A DNA stretch of 64,000 nucleotides from Candidatus Poseidoniaceae archaeon (GTDB lineage: Archaea; Thermoplasmatota; Poseidoniia; Poseidoniales; Poseidoniaceae). The stretch is from contig CBFHXB010000011.1 in assembly GCA_965659685.1 (NCBI GenBank), positions 8,595 through 72,594 on the forward strand, read 5' to 3'. The translations under genes were made by a program, and so were the position numbers. Shown here in pieces: positions 24,593-32,237 of this stretch. Position 1 is the stretch's first letter, and each line of letters starts with the position of its first letter. The notes below the pieces were generated by a model. It made no database searches and had not been told where the DNA came from. It saw only the letters and a program-made list of their open reading frames with translations.

Positions 24593-27112
24593 ATGGTTGA
24601 ATCGAGGTCAACTGCTGGCGGGCATGACCGTCGCAGCCTCTCTGCCTTGCGCGGACAATTCACCCGAGCCCACAGCACCAGCGCGGAGCAAGAGGGTCAC
24701 GTCAGTGCCCGCTACCGCGAGGAGGAGCGGCTTCGGGGCGAAGTGCGGCGTGACCGGCGGATCCGTCATCAGGAACTTCGCGAGCGCATCCTTGCCCAAC
24801 AAGGCAACTTGGCCATGCGGTACGAACTCGAACGCGAGCGCACGCTGCAGCAGGTCGAGCGTGAGATGCGTGAGGCGATGGAGACTGAGCTGGCCGAAGA
24901 AGGCCGGGAAGCCATCGCCCGCGAGGAAAGCCGCCTTCGAGACGAGCATTTGATGCGGCTCGAGCGTGAAATGGCGGTGCTGCGGCAACGCTACGAGGTC
25001 GAGACCGACCGCCGCATGGAAGAGGAAAAGGCGCGCATTGAGCACGACCTTCGCCAACAACTCGAGCAAGACCACGAGCATCGCTTGGACGTCGCCAGGC
25101 AACGCCTCCAACTCGAGCAAAATCAACGCCTTCACCGTCGCATTCGTGTGCTTGAGGAAGAGATCGCCCAAGAGATGGAATCCCGCTATCAAGCGCTGGA
25201 ATCCTTGGAAATCGACCGTCTCAAGGACGAGCAGGATGCAGCCCTTGCCGAGCGAGAGGACCAACTGCGTCATGGCATCCGCACCCGCCTCGAGCAGCAG
25301 GTACGTCAGCGCCTTCACCACCGGGAGGCTGCGCTACGGGCTGAATACGCGCGCCGAAGTCAACGCTTGGAAGCCGACCTTGGCGCAGAGATCCAACAGG
25401 AACTCGAGGTCCGTCTCCGACAAGACACGGAAGACCTTGAGCAGCGCATGCGCGAGGACGTGGAGTTGGCCATCGCCCGTCGTCGTGACGAACTGAGGCA
25501 AGAAGTCGAACAGCAACTTGAACAACGCTTTGCCGAGCGTCTTTCCGACCGAAAGGCCAGGCTACGGGAGCGCTTCGACCTCAGTTATGGCAAGGCCATC
25601 GACGAGGTTGAGCACGCCCTCCAAGCCCAGATCGAGGAGGAACTCGAAGCCAGCACGACCGAGGACTTCGAACGCTACAGAGAGGCGCGTGAATCCGAGA
25701 TTCAGAACCGCCTTGCCCGCTTCCGGTACGAGCGCGAGGCCCAACTCCGAGAGGAGTTGGAAGCCAAGCACGCAACGAAGCGTGAGGAATGGACGGAGCG
25801 GCTTGAACTTGAATTCCAAAGCCGTGAGGCGGCTGCCCGCAAGGCCATCATGTCCGAGGTTGACGCGAGCCTCCGCAACGAGCGATTGGCTTGGGACACC
25901 GACCTTGACCTGTTGAAGGAAGAGACCGTCCTCGAACTTGAGCTGGACATGGAAGAGCGTCTCAACGTCTTCCGCGAGCGCAAGTTGGACGAAGTCGCCA
26001 CCCAACTGGAGCGTCAACTCGACAAGCGTGAGGAAATCATGCGGAACAAGGCCCTCATCGACGTGCGCAGGAAGGAAGCACGCATTCGCGCCGAAATCGA
26101 GGCACAGCTTGGTTTGAAGCGGGCGGAAATCCGCGATCGCATCTCTGGTCTGTCAAAGAAGATGGACGAATTCAAGACCATGGCCGAGGAACGAATGCGC
26201 GAGAGCATCACCTCGCAAATCGAGGGTGAAATCGCCACCGACGAGGCCACCCTCGCCGAACGTGAGGCCGAGATGCGTCGGCTTGAGAGCACCGATCAAC
26301 GCCTCGACAAGCGGCAACAGTGGCTCGCTTCGATCTCCGGACAAGGAGGGCTAGGTCCATCGGCCCCGGCCGATGCAGCTTCCTTGGGTGCTCGCCCAGA
26401 TTCGTTGGGCGCAGCTGCAGGGCGCTCCCTCCGTGGGCCGATGGCGCAAGCGGCTCAGGCTCAACAACCGCGCATGGGCCTCTCTGGCATGCGTGCTCCA
26501 ACGTCCTCAGCCCGTTCCTTGGCGCCTTCAGCCCCCACACCCGTGGTCAAGGCCGTCAAGCAGGTCAAGACGCCTGTGGTGGCCCCAGCGGCTCCGATTC
26601 AGTCGCCTGTGACCTCTTTGGAACCTGAAGCCGGGTTGACGTCCACGGTGGTCCCGGTTGAACCCGCCATGGAGGTGGCAGAGCCCGCCACCGACGAGGC
26701 CCCCGTCGGCATCGAATCCACCGTCAGCGTGGAGGACAACGCGCTCCCCACCACGGTTGAGGCTCCAGAACCGACGATCGATTCCGTCCTTGAGGAAGCC
26801 CACGACGACGTGGCAGAAGCCGAGATGGGAGCCATGCTCGAAGACGAGGGAGCGGTGGCCACCGAGGCCCCAATGCCCACTCCCGTTGCGGCCCCGGTGA
26901 AGGCCGGTGGAGACGTGTTTGGCGATCGCCCCATCCTCCAACCGGTTCGCACCCTGCATGCCTTGGGTGCTCCAAGGGCCACGGCCCAACTCAAGCCGGC
27001 CATGCCGGTCTTGTCCCCTGCGGGCGACACCCCCGTGCTCCAGCCGGTTACCACGATGACACCGCGTCAAATCGCCCCTGTTGAGCGACTCGAACCGTTC
27101 GATGAGGATTGA
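24593..27112 (+). CDS. long coiled-coil protein with a P/A/V/T-rich disordered tail
   Basis: About 560 aa of almost uninterrupted E/R/L/Q heptad-like sequence is followed by ~250 aa of low-complexity P/A/V/T sequence. There is no TM helix and no NTPase motif. Confidence 0.65.
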   Translation: MVESRSTAGGHDRRSLSALRGQFTRAHSTSAEQEGHVSARYREEERLRGEVRRDRRIRHQELRERILAQQGNLAMRYELERERTLQQVEREMREAMETELAEEGREAIAREESRLRDEHLMRLEREMAVLRQRYEVETDRRMEEEKARIEHDLRQQLEQDHEHRLDVARQRLQLEQNQRLHRRIRVLEEEIAQEMESRYQALESLEIDRLKDEQDAALAEREDQLRHGIRTRLEQQVRQRLHHREAALRAEYARRSQRLEADLGAEIQQELEVRLRQDTEDLEQRMREDVELAIARRRDELRQEVEQQLEQRFAERLSDRKARLRERFDLSYGKAIDEVEHALQAQIEEELEASTTEDFERYREARESEIQNRLARFRYEREAQLREELEAKHATKREEWTERLELEFQSREAAARKAIMSEVDASLRNERLAWDTDLDLLKEETVLELELDMEERLNVFRERKLDEVATQLERQLDKREEIMRNKALIDVRRKEARIRAEIEAQLGLKRAEIRDRISGLSKKMDEFKTMAEERMRESITSQIEGEIATDEATLAEREAEMRRLESTDQRLDKRQQWLASISGQGGLGPSAPADAASLGARPDSLGAAAGRSLRGPMAQAAQAQQPRMGLSGMRAPTSSARSLAPSAPTPVVKAVKQVKTPVVAPAAPIQSPVTSLEPEAGLTSTVVPVEPAMEVAEPATDEAPVGIESTVSVEDNALPTTVEAPEPTIDSVLEEAHDDVAEAEMGAMLEDEGAVATEAPMPTPVAAPVKAGGDVFGDRPILQPVRTLHALGAPRATAQLKPAMPVLSPAGDTPVLQPVTTMTPRQIAPVERLEPFDED

Positions 27113-27156
27113 GCGAAGGAACGAGCCATTCAAGGCCAAGAGGTCCATGTGGCGTC

Positions 27157-29559
27157 ATGCGAGCACTGCGCGCAGCCCTGCTCTCCGTCCTGTTCGTCCT
27201 CGGGACTTTTGCTGCTTCAGGCTCAGCATCGCTCATTGATGGGGGCGAAATCCATCAAAGCCCAGAGCCCGTGGTGATGTGGTATTCCTCAGGTGGCGAC
27301 GAGGTGTTGACCCTCGACGGCGAGGGTGTGTTCATGGCCCTCCGATGGAACGGAGGCGCCTACCAAGTCACCCGTGCGGTCGACCTGAACGTGACGGTCA
27401 ACGCCGCACGCCTGGACGTTGATGCAGGGTTGTTGGCGGTTGGACATTCCAGTGGAGCGCTTATCCTCGACCTTGACACCGATCAAATCACGCAGGACAT
27501 CAGCCTACCAGACCCTGTCGACGACCTGGATTGGGACGACGACGGTGACCTGTGGGTGGTGCACAACGGCGGGTTGCGGCAAGCCGTCGAGCACGAAACA
27601 GGCGGCCCATCAGGGGTGCGCACCAGCGTGATGAGCGCAGGAATTTGTTCCTTCGTCATCCTTGAGGACGGACGTGTCCTGACCGCGGGCTTCGACAGCC
27701 GACTCCGGGTCCACACCGACGAAGGAATCCAAGATCAAGACCTGACGGGTCTGGGTGGGGCTCCGACACAACTCATCGAAGACGGTGAATTCGTTTGGGC
27801 TGGCCTTTCGAACGGGCGTGTGCTTCGATGGAACTCAAGCACATGGTCGTCCGAAGAAGTCGTCACCGCATCTGCACCGATCACGTCCCTGTCCGTTGAT
27901 GGCGACGGAGGCATGTGGGTGGGGCATCAAAACGGCATCGTCGTTCACCTTGACGCCTCCCTTGTGTCCACCCAAGAGCACCAAGCCACGGGCAAATCCA
28001 TCTCTGTGATTCCCAAGAACGACGGCACCGTTCACCTCGTGAGCGTGACGTCGTCAAACACCCGCGTTCGTCTTCTGGACCTTGACGCGGACGGTGACGG
28101 TGTGGCCGATGCCGCCGATGCATTCCCAGACGACGCGGCACAAACGGAGGACCGTGACGGGGACGGATACGGCGACAACACGGCCCTCGCGGGAGGCGAT
28201 CAGTTCCCTGACGACCCGACCCAGTGGGCCGACCGTGACGGGGACGGTTACGGTGACGAGGCCGAAGGCACCGATGGCGACATGTTCCCTGACGACCCCA
28301 ACCAATGGGAAGATGCCGACGGTGACGGCGTTGGCGACAACCAAGCCGATCCTAACGGTGACGTGTTCCCTGAAGATCCAACCCAGTGGGCCGACCGTGA
28401 CCGGGACGGCTTCGGTGATGCACCAAACGGTGTGCGCCCGGACGAGTGTCCGGACGCCAACGGGTTCTCGTCGAACGACCGTCGCGGTTGCCCCGACAAA
28501 GACCTCGATGGGTGGTCGGACCCCGATGCAAATTGGTTGGTCGCCCAAGGTGCGGACGCCTTCCCGAACGACAAGACGCAGTGGGCGGATTTCGACGGCG
28601 ACGGATACGGTGACCATCCCGACGGCACCACACCGGACGCCTGCATCACGTCTGGAGGAACTTCCGTTCGAGCCTTGGTCCCTGAACTGGGGGCCACCAC
28701 CCGATACATCAGCGAGGCGCATTACGGCTGCCCGGACCTCGACGGCGATGGATGGGCCGATGCCTCCGAGGTCGGTGAGGGTATGGCCGAGAACCCCACC
28801 GAGCACATGGACCTCGACGGTGATGGCGTGGGCGCCAACACCGACTACAACGATACCAACGCCTTGGTGATCGACATCGAGGACCACTGCTTGCTCAGTT
28901 TCGACGACCTGAGGGAGGTTTGCCTGGGATGGAGGAGCACCGAGTACCAAGATTACCTGGCCACCCTGAACGAGAGCGAGCGCAATCGAATGTCCTACAA
29001 TTACTGGAACCAGAGCCTTGCCGGCTCCTCGTCCAGTGGCGGCCTTGACATGGCCTTGGTGGCCGAGGTCGGCTTGGTTGCCGGGGGCATCTTTGTGGTC
29101 TGTTCCGTGGTGATTTTGCTCCTTGGTGCCATGACCAAACGGGTCAAGCGACCGTCCGAGGAGAAGCAATTCGACTCCTTTGGTTTCGATGAATCGGCCA
29201 ACGAGGAAGCCTTGAGTGGACAAGCCGGCCTCTCTGCCACCGGTGGTTTGGTCGACGACCTGTGGGACGACGAAGACGCGCCGGAACCCATGGGCGCTGA
29301 GGAGGCACTCGACGACGCCGAAGAAGCGCCGATAATCACCTCAATGGTGGAAGACGTCGTCCTCCAATCCTCAACACCGGCGGAGCCGTCCAGCGAGCCT
29401 GAAGCACCCGCCGCGATGGAATCCGTGGAGGAGGCAGCGGGCGATGAGCCGGAGCGTGAAGCGCCCCCTGTGCCCGAAGAAGGCTTGCCGAACGGCTGGA
29501 CGATGGATCAATGGAAATGGTACGGGCATCAATGGCTCGAACAGAACAAAGGGTCCTGA
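27157..29559 (+). CDS. secreted beta-propeller-like protein with thrombospondin-type-3-like Ca-binding repeats, one TM helix and an acidic cytoplasmic tail
   Basis: The signal peptide is MRALRAALLSVLFVLGTFAASGSAS. The N-terminal ~300 aa look like propeller blades (e.g. 'GRVLRWNSSTW', 'GMWVGHQNGIVVHLD'). More than 8 repeats of 'D.DGDG.GD...D.FP.DP.QW.D' follow, then the TM helix 'LVAGGIFVVCSVVILLLGAM' and a D/E-rich tail. Confidence 0.7.
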   Translation: MRALRAALLSVLFVLGTFAASGSASLIDGGEIHQSPEPVVMWYSSGGDEVLTLDGEGVFMALRWNGGAYQVTRAVDLNVTVNAARLDVDAGLLAVGHSSGALILDLDTDQITQDISLPDPVDDLDWDDDGDLWVVHNGGLRQAVEHETGGPSGVRTSVMSAGICSFVILEDGRVLTAGFDSRLRVHTDEGIQDQDLTGLGGAPTQLIEDGEFVWAGLSNGRVLRWNSSTWSSEEVVTASAPITSLSVDGDGGMWVGHQNGIVVHLDASLVSTQEHQATGKSISVIPKNDGTVHLVSVTSSNTRVRLLDLDADGDGVADAADAFPDDAAQTEDRDGDGYGDNTALAGGDQFPDDPTQWADRDGDGYGDEAEGTDGDMFPDDPNQWEDADGDGVGDNQADPNGDVFPEDPTQWADRDRDGFGDAPNGVRPDECPDANGFSSNDRRGCPDKDLDGWSDPDANWLVAQGADAFPNDKTQWADFDGDGYGDHPDGTTPDACITSGGTSVRALVPELGATTRYISEAHYGCPDLDGDGWADASEVGEGMAENPTEHMDLDGDGVGANTDYNDTNALVIDIEDHCLLSFDDLREVCLGWRSTEYQDYLATLNESERNRMSYNYWNQSLAGSSSSGGLDMALVAEVGLVAGGIFVVCSVVILLLGAMTKRVKRPSEEKQFDSFGFDESANEEALSGQAGLSATGGLVDDLWDDEDAPEPMGAEEALDDAEEAPIITSMVEDVVLQSSTPAEPSSEPEAPAAMESVEEAAGDEPEREAPPVPEEGLPNGWTMDQWKWYGHQWLEQNKGS
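28078..28870 (+). repeat. intragenic tandem array of DxDGDGxxD calcium-binding-type repeats
   Basis: The repeats are visible in the DNA. For example, 'acccagtgggccgaccgtgac(g/c)gggacgg(t/c)t(a/t)cggtga' occurs at ~28221 and ~28381. They encode the TSP3-like motif. Confidence 0.7.
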
Positions 29560-29814
29560 TCACGACCAGCGCACGGGAAGGTCTGCGCGAAGTTTGGCCA
29601 GTTCCTCTCCAGAATAGAGCGGTCGACCTCCTTCTTTTACCGTGCTCTGAATGAGCCACAGCACGCCGTTCCAGGCGCTCCGTGTCGCGGTGATTTCGAC
29701 GTCTCCCCGGGCGGCAACGCCCATGAGTTCTGCTTCAACGGTGGTGGGGTCGAAGAGGGCTTTCACAAGGTGGCGGGTCTCAAAGGCCACCTGAGGTGGC
29801 TTCCAACTCATCAT
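29560..29814 (-). CDS. small hypothetical protein, last gene of the ParA-RHH cassette
   Basis: 84 aa from ATG 29814, or 87 aa from GTG 29823, which overlaps the RHH gene stop. High third-position GC. I recognise no family, and RelE/ParE signatures are not seen. Confidence 0.4.
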   Translation of the reverse strand: MMSWKPPQVAFETRHLVKALFDPTTVEAELMGVAARGDVEITATRSAWNGVLWLIQSTVKEGGRPLYSGEELAKLRADLPVRWS

Positions 29815-29819
29815 GGCGA

Positions 29820-30062
29820 TCACACCCTGAATGGAGCGAGGTTCAACCGCTCGACGAGGTGGTCCACGTCGACGTCCGCCGTTGCCTTCGCACGCTCGCG
29901 AAGCAACTCAAGGCTGCCGTCCATGCGCGCCATGCGTTGGTGGCGAATGAGGTCAAGCAGGACCTCATTCACGCTCTTGTATCCGCCAAGCGAGCGCAAC
30001 GTGTTCAATTGTCTTCGTACTTCGTAGCTCACGCTTACCGAGGTCATTCCCTTCGCTGTCAT
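29820..30062 (-). CDS. ribbon-helix-helix (RHH/CopG/Arc-type) DNA-binding protein
   Basis: 'TSVSVSYEVRRQLNTLRSLGGYKSVNEVLLDLIRHQ' matches the beta-strand, helix, helix pattern of RHH proteins. It is 80 aa and lies directly downstream of ParA copy 2. Confidence 0.55.
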   Translation of the reverse strand: MTAKGMTSVSVSYEVRRQLNTLRSLGGYKSVNEVLLDLIRHQRMARMDGSLELLRERAKATADVDVDHLVERLNLAPFRV

Positions 30063-30152
30063 CGTGCATCCCGTTGGTTGGTGCCCTCTATGCGCTACTT
30101 AAGGCGCGCGAGGCGGAATGCCCCTTGAGGGCGATTTCAGGACCCCTTGCGC

Positions 30153-31115
30153 TCAGCGGCGACCCTGCGCCTCAAGGGAGACCCTTGAGGGCTCACGGAC
30201 CCCGAATTCTCGACGCATGTCCTGCACGCGGCGGTGGAATTCGCGTGCCAAGGTCCAGTATTCCAGGGAGCCTGCTCCGGCTCCGGAGGACGTGGGTTTG
30301 TTGAGCAAGACGGTCGGTGCTCCGGACCACGGTGCCTCAGCCACGTTCACCAGACGTCGAATCGACGTGCTGAACAATTTGTTCGGGATGCTGAGGGCGA
30401 CTTGGTCGCACACGTGACGCGACAGTTTGGAGCGGGCGTCGACCATGGTCATCACGACGCCGAAAATCTTCAGGTTCCGGTTGATCCTTCGCTGGATCAT
30501 CTTGACCGAGTTCATCAGCATGCTGAATCCTTCCAAGGAGTAGTATTCCGCCTGAACGGGGACCATCACCCAATTTGCTGCGCTCAGGGCGTTGATGGAC
30601 AACAGTCCGAGGGAGGGGGGTGTGTCGATGACGATGTAGTCGAAGTGGTCGATGATGGGCGCCAACGCTTCCTTGAGGCGAGTCTCACGCCCGATCTTGT
30701 GGGAGAGTTCGATCTCCGCTCCGGAGAGGTGGATGTCGCTGGGAAGCAACCAGAGGTTCTCTGTGGTCAGGGTGGCGGGTGGACGGCCCTTCTCGTTGCG
30801 CAGCATCCATGCGTTCCGCATGGAGGCCGTCAGGTCCTCAGGACCGATCAGGTACTCGTCCATCAAGGGCAATTCCTCGCCGAGATCGTTGGTCAAGAGG
30901 TCGTACGCCGTCTTTTTGACGCGCTTCTTCTCGATGCCAAAGGACGTCGCGCAGTTCCCTTGCGGATCCAAATCGATGAGCAACACCTTCGCAGGAGGTA
31001 GCCCCATCTTCTGGTGACCGCGGGCCAGCGCCGCTGCAAGGTTGACCGCCGTGGTGGTCTTCGCGCAACCGCCCTTTTGGTTGGCGACCGCGATGACCAT
31101 CTTGTACGGGTCCAT
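30153..31115 (-). CDS. parA: ParA/Soj-family ATPase (copy 2)
   Basis: It has the deviant Walker A 'NQKGGCAKTTT', plus 'LIDLDPQGNCATSFG' and 'VIDTPPSLG'. A ~40-aa insertion follows the Walker A region, and the C-terminal tail is basic. Confidence 0.85.
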   Translation of the reverse strand: MDPYKMVIAVANQKGGCAKTTTAVNLAAALARGHQKMGLPPAKVLLIDLDPQGNCATSFGIEKKRVKKTAYDLLTNDLGEELPLMDEYLIGPEDLTASMRNAWMLRNEKGRPPATLTTENLWLLPSDIHLSGAEIELSHKIGRETRLKEALAPIIDHFDYIVIDTPPSLGLLSINALSAANWVMVPVQAEYYSLEGFSMLMNSVKMIQRRINRNLKIFGVVMTMVDARSKLSRHVCDQVALSIPNKLFSTSIRRLVNVAEAPWSGAPTVLLNKPTSSGAGAGSLEYWTLAREFHRRVQDMRREFGVREPSRVSLEAQGRR

Positions 31116-31176
31116 GCCTTCACTCCCGAGACGTTGAACCTCGGCTCTCCCCTATCAACCCCGGCCTCAATCCGCA

Positions 31177-32160
31177 TCAAACGGGCTGAACCACGGGCAC
31201 AGGAACTTCGGACAGGATCTTGCGAACGATGTGCCCGCCGGTGATGCCTCGAATCTTGGCTTCGGGCTTCATCACGATCCTGTGGCTGATGACCTGCATG
31301 GCGACGCTCTTGATGTCGTCAGGCACCACGTAGGTGCGACCGGCGATGGCCGCTGAGGCACGGCCGGTCTTGAACAGGGCCTGAGAGGCACGGGGCGATG
31401 CGCCGTTGACCACGCGGTGGTCTTCACGGGTGCGCTGAACGATTTCAACGATGTACGCAAGGATGGAGGGGTCCACGTGAACGCCTTCCAGGGCACGTTG
31501 CATGGCGACGACCTTCTTGGGTTCAGTCACCTGATCGACTTCGTGTTCGTCCTTCCCTCGCATCTTTCGACGAGCCAAAATGGCCTTCTCTTCTGCACGG
31601 TCGGGGTATCCCATGCTCATTTTCATCAGGAAACGGTCCATCTGTGCCTCAGGGAGCGGGTAGGTTCCCTCTTGTTCGATGGGGTTCTGGGTGGCCAACA
31701 CGACGAAGGGGGCAGGAAGCTTGTGGGTGATGCCCTCAATGGTCACTTGCTTCTCTTCCATCGCCTCAAGCAGGGCCGCCTGGGTCTTGGGCGGAGCACG
31801 GTTGATCTCATCAGCGAGGAGGATGTTGGAAAACAAGGGGCCAGCGCGGAGCTTGAAGTCACCCGACTTTTGGTCGTACATGTAGGTTCCCATGATGTCG
31901 GAGGGAAGCAGGTCAGGGGTGAACTGAACACGCTTGAACTTGCAGCCAAGGGCACGTGCGAAGGTGTTCGCGAGCAGGGTCTTGGCCAACCCGGGGAAGT
32001 CCTCAAGAAGCATGTTGCCGTTTGAGAGGATTCCAACGGTGACACGACGGAGGTTCTCCTCTTTTCCGATGATGACCTTTCCAACCTCGCTCATGAGGTC
32101 GTTTGCAATCTGGGACACGGTGCTGATGATTTTCGCGGTGTTCGCGTCTGCTGCTTGCAT
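31177..32160 (-). CDS. MoxR-family AAA+ ATPase
   Basis: 'LLEDFPGLAKTLLANTFARAL', 'ILLADEINRAPPKTQAALLEAMEEKQVT' and 'FVVLATQNPIEQEGTYPLPEAQMDRF' are the AAA_3/MoxR signature. Confidence 0.9.
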   Translation of the reverse strand: MQAADANTAKIISTVSQIANDLMSEVGKVIIGKEENLRRVTVGILSNGNMLLEDFPGLAKTLLANTFARALGCKFKRVQFTPDLLPSDIMGTYMYDQKSGDFKLRAGPLFSNILLADEINRAPPKTQAALLEAMEEKQVTIEGITHKLPAPFVVLATQNPIEQEGTYPLPEAQMDRFLMKMSMGYPDRAEEKAILARRKMRGKDEHEVDQVTEPKKVVAMQRALEGVHVDPSILAYIVEIVQRTREDHRVVNGASPRASQALFKTGRASAAIAGRTYVVPDDIKSVAMQVISHRIVMKPEAKIRGITGGHIVRKILSEVPVPVVQPV

Positions 32161-32237
32161 CCTATCACCTATTCAGACCTGTAGGCTTGTCCATCCTGAT
32201 TTGAACGTGCTTGCGGGCGACATCACCCTTGCATCAC

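Noticed and set aside
28078-28870. Tandem DNA repeats that might be mistaken for a CRISPR or satellite array.
   Set aside because: The repeats are in frame and encode DxDGDGxxD calcium-binding motifs within a long ORF with high third-position GC. There is no repeat-spacer regularity.
29560-30062. A classic type II toxin-antitoxin call (RHH antitoxin plus toxin).
   Set aside because: The gene order and sizes fit. However, the 84-aa protein shows no RelE/ParE/VapC/MazF signature that I can recognise, and the pair sits directly behind a ParA. I therefore left it as an alternative explanation rather than an annotation.
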